A stretch of DNA of 64,000 bases, taken from Selaginella moellendorffii (lineage: Eukaryota; Plantae; Lycopodiophyta). Position numbers and translations under genes: made by a program. Shown in pieces: positions 1 to 12,195 of the stretch. Below the pieces are notes generated by a model, which was not told the origin of the DNA, ran no database searches, and worked only from the letters and a program-made list of their open reading frames with translations. Each line of letters opens with the position of its first letter. The first letter of the stretch is position 1. The stretch lies in the NCBI RefSeq assembly GCF_000143415.4, contig NW_003314274.1, positions 624,806-688,805 of the forward strand, in the 5' to 3' direction.

Positions 1-1593
1 TCAACCTGCATAGACCTCAGTTACGGTCGAATCTGACAGCGCAGAAACTCATACCGTCGGATGGAAGTACGCACAAATCATCCCATATATCCAAATGTAG
101 CGGTCAAGACCGGACCTAAAATGCCACTCATGTAGAACTGGGAGATCGGGCTTGCCAGGATCCGTATATTCTGCAAAGAAACACGAATAAAATGCCAAAA
201 TAAAGTGGTGAAAGCTTACCCACAAGGAATGTGAATGGTCTCCATACAAAATCAAATACTCCTGGAACCTCCCACACAAGTATAACAACTGCAAAGCATG
301 CGGCAATTTTCGCACCAATTACAGATGGAACTTCGTTATACTTGTTCAGGATTCCCAGGGAGCAATAAACCATCAATGTGAAGAGGGTATGCATAGGACA
401 GATGTAGTAGAGCATGTAGCTGTTGTTGAGGACGATGCAGCAAAAGGTCACAAGAAAGTTGAGCCTCCACATCATCTGCAAGTGCGTTCACAAAGCATGA
501 ACTTACGAGTGCAAAGAAGCAGTTACCTGAGCAAACCGACCCAGGCTGAAATCCTTTCGCACATAATAGTAGGAAAAGTTCCCGAATCCAGTCATCCAGA
601 CATAACCCGCAATGAAGAGTCGTATAGCATTATAGATTTCAGCAGCCGCAAAATAATGGTACATCAAAAATAAAACCTGTCGAAAGAAAAGAAAATCAAC
701 ACATCACCAAAAACCAAGTGGTATTCACCTGCATCCACCCTTTCCATTCCTCCGTTTGATGTCTGTTTAAATAAAGTATCGATTTTCCGGATGCAACAGA
801 CTTCTCCGCATGCTTCTTTAAAGACGTTATTGAAGAAACGATAATTAAAAGAAAATAAAGGAAAACGAAGAGGTCTCTACTGTAATTCTGCAAGAAAGAA
901 GCAACTATTCATCAGCACAAAAACCAGTAAAGCCAATTGGCATACCTTCTTCAACTCCCCAAATACATTGGTTCGGTCACAAATGTAGAAATAGCAGAGT
1001 AGACATCCAAATTCTGCACTGCCAGTTTCATAAAGAAAATAAAGACGTGAGCAAAAACACTTTCGTGACTCGTGATCATAAAAGAAGATCCTTACATTGC
1101 TCTCAACAGCGAACGATTTTCAACGAGAAAAGTTTCGTTGAGAGTGAAAAATCTGCCACAAAAGATATAAGAAAATCAGCGCACCGACAACACGGCAAGA
1201 AAACAATAAAGGCCTCACTTAAACAACTGCATTCTGATAGAAAAGCTGCCTTTGAGAGTGCCACTGACGGAGAATCCATTCTCAAGAAGACTGTCTTTCT
1301 CATTGTCTCTTCTTGGCCCATGCTCCAGCTCCGAGAGGTTAATATCCGAGTGACTGTAAGAAACTTTACCATTGTTAGAGACGATCAAAGCAAAATCGAC
1401 GTACTCACGCTTTGCCTGGCACTGGCTGCTTCCTATACTCAAGAAACTCCGAGTAAAGCCATGCTGTGAGCACGGGGATGAATCCCAAGACAAGAGCCAC
1501 CTACAAAAATTTTGGACTCATATATCCAATCTACATTCCCATGAGTAAATTCTAGCGTACCTGGCCAGTCGTCGGCGGGCTAATCTCCACCAT
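1..1593 (-). CDS. RWA: REDUCED WALL ACETYLATION (Cas1p-like O-acetyltransferase), multi-exon, 3' end outside the window
   Basis: ATG at 1593 ([11 protein letters not shown], then GT donor). Exons encode [40 protein letters not shown] and [19 protein letters not shown], which are RWA/CAS1 motifs. Confidence 0.93.
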
Positions 1594-2035
1594 TTCCAAA
1601 GCTGCTGCGAAAAGAACAATGGACGCTACCTCATCGGGCTCGGAAGCCCCGATCGATCGAAATCTCGCAGCTCCGGAATCGCACGGCGCTTAGATCCAGC
1701 CAAAACCTAGAGCCGCAGTAGATCCGAGCATCGAAATCTAGGCGCCGCTGGGCGATGGAGCTACCAAAATCGAATCGCGATAATCTGAAGCACGCGCCCT
1801 ACCTACACTCCCCACATCATTCTTTCTTACCCGCTCAAACAAAGAAAACTAAGCGCCTCTTTCTTAACGCTGCGGTGTGGACGGACAAGGACGGCTCATC
1901 GCCTAGCCATTCCGCCCCGTAACTCCTTGCGGGTGGCCCTAAATTGGTACATCAACATCCGGTGGTTGGATTGGAATTCTAGCCGTAAAGATTATATTCC
2001 ATAATCTGCTATAGCTCTGTACAGCACTGTCTAGA

Positions 2036-2520
2036 TCAAAACTCCTGGGAGAGGCTTCCAATCGCGTCCTTGAGGCTCGATTTCTTGGGAAGAAGCGATT
2101 GATTGATGTTGGGCAGCACGCCGCCGCTAGCGATCACCACATTGCCGAGCAATTTGCTGAGCTCCTCGTCGTTCCTCACGGCGAGCTGGATGTGCCTGGG
2201 GATGATCCGATTCTTCTTGTTATCCCGCGCGGCGTTTCCAGCGAGCTCGATCACCTGGGAATGGGACGAACGAAATCCCGAGACTGAGAGATTGAGACGA
2301 CGAAAAAGAGACGAGCAAAGAATCTCACCTCCGCAGCGAGATACTCCATCACGGCGGCCATGTACACTGGCGCTCCAGCCCCGACGCGATCGGCATACTT
2401 GCCGGTCTTGAGAAATCTGGAGATCCTGCCCACTGGAAATTGCAACCCGGCCTTGTGAGAGCGAGAGACCGGTTTCGCGGACCGCGCCTTGCCGCGACCT
2501 CCTCCTGCGATGGAACTCAT
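2036..2520 (-). CDS. H2AX: Histone H2A, variant H2A.X; 2 exons, intron 2255-2328
   Basis: [20 protein letters not shown]...YLAAE|[14 protein letters not shown]...VLPNIN; C-terminal SQEF motif diagnostic of H2A.X. Confidence 0.95.
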
Positions 2521-2574
2521 CTTTTCAGTAGGGCACATTCGCTCCTCGATCGATTATATACGGCGACGATATTG

Positions 2575-2628
2575 CCACGTCCACGATCCCAAGTTTCCCG
2601 CTTTTTCCTGCCACGCTGGCGATCCGGG
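2575..2628 (+). promoter_or_regulatory. Two degenerate plant histone-promoter type I (hexamer plus octamer) elements upstream of H2A.X
   Basis: CCACGTCCACGATCCC at 2575 and CCACGCTGGCGATCCGGG at 2611 resemble the consensus CCACGTCANCGATCCGCG; they lie 55-110 nt upstream of the H2A ATG. Confidence 0.45.
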
Positions 2629-2737
2629 ATTCAAACAACGAGCCAATGAGAATGAGCAAACAGAAAAATACGCGTAAGTCTTAATGAGCGTACTTGATTA
2701 AATTGATGAAAATTTTCCACGGAGAAAATATATAGGC

Positions 2738-4391
2738 CTAAGCTCCTCCATCTGTTAACATCTGGATGCAGATAAAAAAACCATCAGAGAATGGATTTTT
2801 TCTTTCTTCTTGGAGTGAGGCTGGAATATACCTTCATCAAATCTCCAAACAAACCATTCTTGCGTTGTTGGACATTGTAAAACTTCTCCGCTACAACATC
2901 GAGGAGCTGTTTTACGAGAAAATGTTAACCACTTTCAGGGAAAAAGGAAGATTTACCTCGTTAAGAGAAGGATCCCGGTCTAGACTTGACTTGTAGTTCT
3001 CGCGGAGCATCCTAAACAAAGGGAGGGCGTCCCTCTCAAGACTGGAGAGAAAAACGCAAATTAAATCACAGTCACTGCCTACAAGGAACAGCTTACGTTA
3101 GCAAGATAAACTTCGCCAAATGTGTGAGAGGAGATGCCAAGACGCTTGCTTGTGACGAGTCCTTGAGCTGAGAATGTAGTTCATCGAAGAGCTTATTGGC
3201 GTCCCTGAGGTTTCCCATAGACAAGTACCTGAGAAGAGAGGAAACGTCAGAAAGAATCAAAGAGCAAAAATTGTTACTCACAAGAAAACCCCGCGCGCAA
3301 GAAGAAGATCACCTTCCTCAGGCTGCATACCATAGAAGTGTTTGAAACGTTTTGACAGAATCACAGCTTACCTCCAGCATGCCGCTGATGATGGCCGATG
3401 CGAAGGCACTAGGATTGTTTCCACGAACATAATGGTAAAAGGCTTTTGCAAGGTCCTGGGGTATATCAAAGTTTCTTCATATTTGAGGAAAACATGGAAA
3501 GCAAAGAAAACTGGAGAGCAAAACTTACAGGTTGGGGTGATTCTCTGGCAAGGAAATCGGCTAGCAACTCGTGTAATTCAGGAGAGCCTCTGCTGGGAGC
3601 GCCAAACTCTGAAGACCATCTATGATAGTCAGTACATCAGTATCCAAAAAGAAGGAAAAAGAAACAAGGCTTCTAACACGCACCTGATCGCCGCCTTCAT
3701 GAAGGTCGAGACGCCTTCGATTAGCGTCTTCGTAGAATATTGCGCCTCGAGCGTTGGCGATCGTGGAAACTCTTTGAAAACGGCCTTAATTCTATCTGCA
3801 AGAAATGCCACAAGTTTGTAGTTTTTTTTTTCTTTGAGAGAATGGAAGTTAAAGAACTGACCCAAAGCCTCCGGACCATACGCCAGTTTAATCGTCGTCA
3901 TTCCCTCGACGAGCAACAATCCAAGTTCTACTCCACAAGTCACCTTTCGCAAGATGAGCTTTAGAACTGAAACAGACCAAAGAAAAGAGAAAAGAGAGAA
4001 CACAAACCTGACCGTGTCGGAGCTGGATTGAAGCTCCAGATTGCAGCAAATCCAATGCTTCGGTGTGTTTCTTCGAAGCCATGTATCTAGAAAATCACCG
4101 GTTTCAACGACTCAAACATCGACAAACTCTAGAGTTTCTCACCTCGCAAAGATTGTTTTGTACATCTGCTGGGCCTCATAGAACTTTCCATCGCGAACAT
4201 TCTTCTCCAACTTTTCCAGCGTCTGGAAACACCAAGAAAACAAGCATGATCTCAGTCACGCATCGAAGCTCAATGCCCTAGCGCCGGAGAATGGATCGAG
4301 CGGATTGTTGCGCGCTCGATCTCGCGATAAATCCATCGATCAGCACACTCACCTTGAGAGTTCCTCCAGATTCCCGTCCAGGCCGCGCCAT
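2738..4391 (-). CDS. GET4: Golgi-to-ER traffic protein 4 (GET4/TRC35) homolog, multi-exon
   Basis: ATG at 4391. Exons encode [46 protein letters not shown] and [24 protein letters not shown]; ends MLTDGGA* with TAG at 2738-2740. Confidence 0.85.
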
Positions 4392-4554
4392 TGATTGAGC
4401 TCCCAGACCTTGCGCTGTCCAGCCGTCGGATCCCTAGAGCAAATCCGACCGTCCACGTGGCCGCGCTCGTGCCCCTTCATTTGGGTGGGAAAATTTTGCC
4501 CTAGAGTGGAGAGAGCGCTCGAGGAGCCAGGCAGCGCCGGCCAAGCACCACACT

Positions 4555-5094
4555 ATGTAAGTGATTCTATAAAGAGATCTTTGAGGAGATTTCGTATGGG
4601 ATCTAGCAATCTAGCTGCAATTCGTAGATTTCTCCGAGAAGTTCATGTCATTCTAGCCGCGGTCGATGAAATGTCGAGCCTCTACGAGAGATCTAGCTGC
4701 TTTTGAATGAAATACATGAGATTTTAGCTGCGATCGATCGAAATATCGAGATTTCTCACATGGTTTGCGCCGCAGGGACGACAAGAAGGACGAGGTGATA
4801 GCCGGATACGAGAGGAAATCCACGGAGCTTATGGAGTATCTAAATAAGCTGGAGGTGGCCTACGAGAAGCTCAAGCAGGAAGGGATAGACAAGGAGAATT
4901 TGCTCAATGGCCACAAGTCAGACCTCCGGGACCAACTGGATGCCGCAAACCAGACGATCAAGAGGCTAGAGCTCGAGAAGGCCGTGGTGATCAAAGAGAG
5001 GGATTTTTGGCAGAGGTTTTCGGGAGCTCCACGAACTTCTACCCGGCCGGCTTGCACTTGCAAACAACCTACGTGCTGCTTACAGATACATTGA
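4555..5094 (+). CDS. Small coiled-coil protein of about 106 aa with a Cys-rich tail; start codon split by intron 4557-4775
   Basis: AT|gtaagt...cgcag|G GAC GAC AAG rebuilds an in-frame ATG for ORF 4765-5094; heptad-like E/K/L-rich sequence; no family recognised. Confidence 0.55.
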
Positions 5095-5431
5095 GAAGCT
5101 GTTCTTGGGCTTGGATGGTAAACTTCTTCCAGCAACAGGTTTCTGGATATCGGTTTTAGATCGAACCACAGGCCACGGGGAAATGGTTTGCAATACAACA
5201 GGAAAAATGGTGCTCAGAACTAGATTCCTCGGGCTTCGGTGAATCACGGATGGTTTCTTCTTCCAACAACATAGGTTTTAGATCAAACTACAGGAAAATG
5301 GTTTGCGGGAAAAATGGTTCTCAGGACTAAGTAGATATTGCAGGGAAAATGATCTACAGACTTCTTTAGATGGCTCCTCCAAGATTTTCACGGGAAGGGT
5401 TTAGGGTTTTGGAGCTCAGAGTTTGACAACA

Positions 5432-7348
5432 ATGGCCAGCACCAGCAAGGCCGATCTGATACTCAAGAAGCGCGCGCTGGCAGCGGCAGCATTTCAAAGG
5501 GTACCACCAGTCCGCATTCCTGATCTGCTGCAGTCCCAAGTCGAGAGACTCTTGCGAGGTTTGTATGATGTGAGTGAGTTGTTCTTGGAAGCGGATTGGA
5601 AGAATGATGGTATGTCTGCGCAGAGCATCCGGAGGTTGATATAGACAAGTCGATCACTCGCATGGAGGCAGTCAAGTCGTTCTGGGCCGACGAGGAGCTG
5701 GCTTGCTCGAGGCAGCTAAGAACTCTCAACCCCGGTGCACAGAAAGAGAAAGTCAAGTCCTGGATTCTGGCAACGGAGCAAGGCCCTGTCAAGTATCTTA
5801 TGGATGATGCAGTTGCCTTTGCCGCAAGAAGCATGCCATCGACTTATGCTGCACTTTATCGTGTGCTTTCCGAGGTAGTTTGCCGACTTGCTGGTTTTAA
5901 AAGCTCATTGAATGTCCAGGTGAAACGACGAATTCCAGACTTTCGACCTCGGCAGGTTCTTGATTTCGGGAGTGGACCTGGAACGAGCCTCTGGTAAGAC
6001 TTTGGTTTCCGTTTCTTTTGCTCAATGAAAATATTTTGCTTTCTCTTTCAGGGCAATTCGAGAGTTATGGCCGGAACAGATGAAGACAGCTTTTCTCATT
6101 GAAACTTCTGCAGCTATGACAAGTGTATGTAAATCTCTTGCCGAAGGTATTGCAGTAAGCTCCCAGCAACCACTGAAAGCTCTCTCTGAATTCTTTCCAA
6201 GCAGGGGTCGAAACCATGCCGCTGCTGAAATATCGAACTGTCCTCCCAAATGCAGGACGGAGTCCAAGGAGGGACGAGAAGACGAACGACCTTGTTATAT
6301 GCGTAAGTCGTTCTTTTGCGTCAAGTTTCGCTCACTGAAAATGTAAATTTCTGATAACTGCAGTCATTTGCTATGAACGAGGTGCCTTCGATGGCTCATA
6401 GGATGGCCGTGGTAAATTATCTGTGGACACTTACTCACAACATGCTGGTAAAATGTGTGGACAGCTGTTGACACTCGCACTAATCTGTCTCTGGCCAGGT
6501 GATCATCGAGCCGGGGACCTTGCATGGATCCGCACTTGTGCGAAGGTTGCGCGACCGCGTCATGACAACCGAGAACCACGTACGTAAAGCAATCTGGATC
6601 ACGATCAAACTCATGTTAGTCGCACTTTACAGAGAGTGCGTGGTCAGTATAGAGGCTTATACTTGCCGGCGTCGGACCCCAAAGCTCACAGCGATCTCGG
6701 TGCGCATGTCGTTGCGCCGGTAAGCAACCAGTGACCAACCAATCCACGAAACTCCTTCACTCCTTTTCCAGTGCGCGCACGACGGTACTTGCCCGATGAG
6801 TAGGAATGTGAATGGAGGGATTTGCGGCCTCATCCAAGCTATCCAAGCACAGGAGGTACTCTTTATCTCATTTTCTCTGTTCTCATTTCTCCAGCTTTTC
6901 TTTGCCAGGCCAAAAAGCTTGACAAGGTGTCATTCTCGTTCGTTGTGATGCGTCGAGGCTTCAGAAAATGGTACACATTGCGACTCTTTGCTTGCGATTC
7001 TGAAAAAGCATTTTTTTCAGGGGAGCTTGGCCTCTGGATAGATACAAAGAAGGAGCTCCTGTTGTAGGTGCGTAACTCAGCTCACAGTGCTTCTTCTCTC
7101 CTCTCACTCACACCTTGCCTTGATCAGAACCATCACAGGAAGACAAGGTGGCAAATCTCCAAGGCGGATGGATGAGAATCGTGAGGCCTCCCACAAAGCT
7201 GGGCAATGGAATCACGGTCCCGGTCTGCGTTCCTACGGGAAGAAACGCCACCGACGCGAGCTTGGAAGACATCAAAGTCACCAAAGACAACATCGCAATG
7301 TACTCACTGGCGAGCGAAGCCGAGATGGGAGACCTGTGGCCGAGATAA
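5432..7348 (+). CDS. Mitochondrial small-subunit Rsm22/METTL17-like methyltransferase, multi-exon
   Basis: RSMPSTYAALYRVLSEVKRRIPDFRPRQVLDFGSGPGTSLW, IIEPGTLHGS, HVVAPCAHDGTCPM and C-terminal GDLWP are typical of the Rsm22 family. Confidence 0.85.
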
Positions 7349-7417
7349 GCAAAGCTCTTATATTCTACGCGAACGAGAAGTAAGAAACTTTCTACTTCAC
7401 TCTCTCACTCATGCTCT

Positions 7418-7730
7418 TCATTCACGATCTACTTTGTCTTTGATATCCAGCCGCAATCTATATCTCGTCTGGAGCTCGTCCACTTCCTTGGAGCTGGGAG
7501 TGAAAACCCAGCGCTTGAACTTCCGGATCGAGTTTTGGATCTGGGAGGGGCAGAGAAAAATCCGGAAGAAACCATCATCGGCAGCAAAGAATGTGGCAAA
7601 GAAGAAGCTCGCAGTCGCTGCTTACCCCGGACAAGGCATGCGGCTCGTCTCCATAGTTCTCGCTCAGCACAACGACGGCCATGACCCCGGTGGCGATCCA
7701 CGTCCACATCTTGACCCTGGGAGTGTCCAT
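7418..7730 (-). CDS. 75-aa single-pass membrane microprotein; 2 exons, intron 7541-7625
   Basis: MDTPRVKMWTWIATGVMAVVVLSENYGDEPHALSG|IQNSIRKFKRWVFTPSSKEVDELQTRYRLRLDIKDKVDRE*; canonical GT-AG phase-0 intron; CCACGTGG box upstream. Confidence 0.7.
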
Positions 7731-8290
7731 CTCGTGGGCGACAAACCCAGCCCCCCCAAGAGCCCTAAGTTTGGGCACCGAGCATGCGTAGCGCCCAATG
7801 GCGATACTACGCGTGCCACGTGGCGGAAGCTGTAGGCATGCGCTCTCGTTTGTGCCCTCCAAGAGGCGGATCGAAGGGTGTCGGACCGCAGGGATTTTTG
7901 TTGGTGGCAGTAAAAAAAAAACAAGAGGAGGAGGAAAGAAAAACCAGAGAAATTTTTCTCTTTTCTTTCTCGGTTGCCTCTCTCGGTCTTCCTGTCTCTC
8001 GGAGCTCTGGATTGATTTGATTGATTGATTGGATTGATTGGAATGAGAGTGAGCTCCTGGCGGGCTGGCAACACACAGAGGAATGAGTGTAGATGAAGAT
8101 TGCTGGGCAGTGGGTTCTTGGGAGGAGGAGTTTTGATTCATCGCGCGCGCAACAAGATCGATCCATCAACGCATCGCCCTGCCCTGGAAGCCGAGATGAT
8201 TCACTCCACTGGTAGAAGCGGGCGGAGATTTCTTCTTTCTTCGATTTTCTTCTTCTTGGTCTTGTTCTTCTTCGTCTCTTTCGTCTCGTC

Positions 8291-9937
8291 ATGGCCGAGA
8301 TCAAACGAGCGAGGGAGGCAACCGAGTTTCAAGGCGAGAGTGGCGATCAGCAGGGTGGCGGGGGGTTTGTGCCGCCGGATTTGTTTAAGCGGGCGAGCGT
8401 GGTGCATGTTTCTAGCGAGGTCCAGGAGGCCACCTCGCAGTGGAAACTGGGCGTTCCTCCGGCGCCGGAGATTTCCAATAGCAGCACTGCCGGGAGTGAA
8501 ATATCTGGTCAGTTCCTCCTCCAAATTCCACTAACATTCCTTCCAAGAAGAAAAACAAAGAAAAATCTAGAGTTTGTCTCTAGTTCTTGTGTGAATCTCT
8601 CGGAAGAAGAAGAAGATTGATTTGTGGATTGGTCGATTTGATCCAGGGAAGAGGAAGCGCAAGTCGGATTCGAGCGAGGACGAGGCGGCTCTCAAGCCGT
8701 ATGAGTGCCGCTTCTGCCCGATGAAGTTTGCGAAGTCGCAAGCGCTGGGAGGCCACATGAATCGCCATCGCCAAGGCATGTTAACCAATTTCTCGGGATT
8801 GAATCTCTGCCTAACTGGGGCTAACTTTGATCTTGGTTCGTATTCTTTAGAGAGGGAACGGGAGCAGCTGCTACATGCCCGCCAACTTGTCCTCCAACAA
8901 GGCCTTCCATGGTAAATTCATGGTCAATACAAGTTCTTTGCTGATTTTTGTGATCGATCAGGGTGACGGGACAAAACCACAAGCTCCAGAGGTCCTCCAG
9001 CGACTGCTTCAGCTCGGGCTCCAGGATCCCATCCTCGGCGCAGCCACCGCCAAACCTCGCCGCCACCTTTCAGCTGTCGCAGAGCTGGAACATGTCCAGC
9101 ACCCACGTCGTACAGCCCGAGCAGCCCAAGCCGGCGGCCCCGCCGGATGATGACGCCATGCACCGCGCGTCTTACTGCGCCGACATGCCGTACATTGTCC
9201 ACCATGCAGCCGGCAGCGGCGGTGGTACCGCGGGTTTCCCCGGCGACGACATGCTCGTGATACCGCCGGCTGCGGCGGATATCCTCGACTGTGGAGGAGC
9301 AGCCGATGCCGCCAGCGGCGGCGTGGCGGCGGCGTTCGATCGCCAACAGTCACTTGATTCGGTCAAGAGCGAGGAGCAGCAGCAGCAACACGAGGAGCAG
9401 GATCACCAGCAGCAGCAGGATCATCATTTCCCATCGCTCCAGCTTGGGCCATGTTCTTCCGAGATGATCTCTGCGTCGCCGCTCAACCAGCTGGAGATGG
9501 CGGTGGACTTCGAGCCCCACCACCAGCTGCTATCGCTGGGCGGCTACTCGGCGGCGGCGAATGCCTTTGCAGCCGCAGAAGAAGAAACATACAGAGTCAA
9601 CGGTGGTGGCGGCGATGGCGATGATGGTTGTGGTGGTGGCGGCGGCGGCGGTGGTGCAATGGCGGAGATCATGGCTGGCCCGCTGGCCTCCCAATGCGAT
9701 GGATTGTCGTGGATCTTTAGCAGCAGTAGCAACAGCCAAAAATCTTCTAACGTCACAACGGCGGCGGATCAGGTGGCGGAGGTGGTGGTGGCGGCGGAGG
9801 AGGTGGGTGGCGGTGGGAGGGGTTCGCAGGATCCGTCTTGTTTTTTGGATGGGTTTGGCTTGGCTCTGGGTCATGATCCAGGTGATGGCGATGATCATCG
9901 TGGTGTTGTGGAGACGAGCGACACACACAAGAGCTGA
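8291..9937 (+). CDS. Single C2H2 (QALGGH) zinc-finger transcription factor, JAGGED/NUBBIN-like
   Basis: YECRFCPMKFAKSQALGGHMNRHRQ|EREREQLLHARQLV closely parallels JAG (YECRFCSLKFCKSQALGGHMNRHRQERETETLNQARQLV); long Q/G/A low-complexity last exon. The first-exon boundaries are less certain. Confidence 0.8.
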
Positions 9938-11946
9938 CCAGTTTGACCAAATCTTTTGCTAGTTTAGCGTACTTCATTTTTGTTGGAACACATCATGACT
10001 TCAAAATAATACATCCTTTTCCTTTTGTCTTTGTACACTTTTTTATTAGTTTAACAAGTATGGAGTCACAATGCCCTGAATTTCATTAACATCCCTGGCT
10101 GCGTGGGACAAAAGTCAGTAAAGGGCCGAAAGTGAATAGCTCTTAGTTTAAGTCAACTCACTACCGTGATGGGATCAACTTGTTGGTCCTCTTGTAGTAG
10201 TGTAAAATTCCTTCTTTCCACTATTGGTAGTTTTTGGGTGGACGATTGCATTTAGAAGAGTTCTTGGGAAAATTATTCATATACCCCTGAAAGTTTACCC
10301 TTATAATTCCGAATTTAACTTTAGTACAATTTACCATACACTGAAAACCAAGGGAAATAACTCAAAAAAATTAATACATTTTGAATGGGTTTTGCTCTCT
10401 ATGAGGCTAGAGTTAGGATGCAATCAGCCCTTGGCCTGCATTTGCCTTTGACAGTAACTTGCATTTGAAAGATCTTGTAGACATTTCCAAAGACAATGGG
10501 CAAGTTAAGATTGGCTACTGATTTTGTTTGGAAATCTTGACCTGTCGGATCTGACAATTAATCGCAGGCATTAGAGCTCACAGGTTTGGGGAAAATACCC
10601 ATCAATTGTAGCGGGGAGCTCTTCCTGCTGTGTGAGAGCCGGGCAGATCAATCAAGCCAAGGAGGCCTTCACTCATGCACCCGCTAGGGAGGAAGGTTGC
10701 CTATGCCTGAAGTGGGTGAATCAAGGAGGGGAGCTTGACATTCAATCACATGCTGGGCACAGCCTCAGTCTCTTGGAATTTGATCTTTACTACATATTTC
10801 CATCAACCAATCAAGGCCATTTGGTGAGAGGAAGGCACAAACTAATAGTTGAAAATTGCTACGAATAAGAGAATAGGCTATTTATTGAGAGAATGGGATT
10901 CTTGTCTTTGTGAATTGAATGTGGGAAGGAGCTCTCACTAGCAGGAGTTTTTGAAACAGAAGATTAGAGGCAAAGGGAAGAATAGACAATGGATCATTGG
11001 CATTTTAATATTTAATAACTACACAGCATTACTTAACCGTGTGGCAATTTTGTATTATGTGACAAGTTTTTATAAAAACAATTGGTGGCCAGTAAGTGCT
11101 TAGTCAGAGATGGAAGCATTTTATTTATATTGGAAGAATTTTTCAATACTCAAAAAAACATTTGATATGGTTTAATTTATTGGGAGTTACTCTTTTACTG
11201 GGAAACTAATAAATTTAAACTTTAGAGAAATATTTTGTTATAAACTTTTGAATTATTTTTAATTTTAATATTGTGAGTACATAGAATATGAAAATGGAAT
11301 ATAAAAATATACAGCTTAAAAACCTTAGCTTATATGTAAGAGCAAGTGGCCCGGATTGATACCTATATAAATCCCACTACACTAATAATAATATATGGTA
11401 TCATAGTTATACATTTGGATTTCACATCATCCCTTCCTCTCAAAAGGATAAAAAAAAATTAAAATTCTATAGTTGATAGGCTAGGATCTGAAAAAACATT
11501 AGGAGGAAGCATTGTTAGATTTATAAGTGGTGCTAAGTGTTCTTGATTCTTTTGTAGTTGCTTGTGGCAATTACAAAGGTTGACTCAACTCTATTAGCAA
11601 TCATCAATAGAATTCTATATCTCTATGACATATGTATATAAAAAAAATGGTAAATAATTATCTCAATTTGAATGCTAAAAATTCATGTATTTTATGATTT
11701 TGAAGGTCCAAACCAAGCCATTCCACAAAACCATCCATTTTTGATGATAAAAACTTATGAAATTGTGGTATATCCTTAACCAAAATACTAAAACTTGAAA
11801 CATTTTAGCTATAAATGCTTGACCATTATTTGAAAGAATTTGCTTTGATAAAAATGTTATAACAACACTCAATTGAGAAGGAAATATCTAATAATAGTCA
11901 CAAATGCACTAACAAAAGCATTAAATTTCACTTAACAAGTGAAGAA

Positions 11947-11947
<1 letters not shown>

Positions 11948-11992
<45 letters not shown>
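11948..11992. repeat. (TA)n microsatellite, about 22 units
   Basis: Directly visible. Confidence 0.97.
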
Positions 11993-11994
<2 letters not shown>

Positions 11995-12195
11995 TGTGGA
12001 GCAAAATTTATTTTCTTTTTACTAAGTTTATAAGGCTCAAAAGGCAGAGTTGTGAATTTGAAAGTTTAAAAATTTAAAAATTTTTAAAAATTTTAAAACA
12101 CTTGCTAATGACTTGCTATTTCGACATCAATATTGCTTTGAGAATGACCTTCTTATTTTGTGGGGACTAGTTTTAATGATCATTTACAATTGATG

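Noticed and set aside
7575-8620. Several overlapping 100-190 aa ORFs upstream of the zinc-finger gene
   Set aside because: They derive from low-complexity promoter/UTR sequence (TTC and GATT repeats) and show no domain or consistent splice structure.
10632-10868. ORF with a faint PPR-like start (GQINQAKEAF)
   Set aside because: One weak motif, no ATG and no further repeats; at most a relic.
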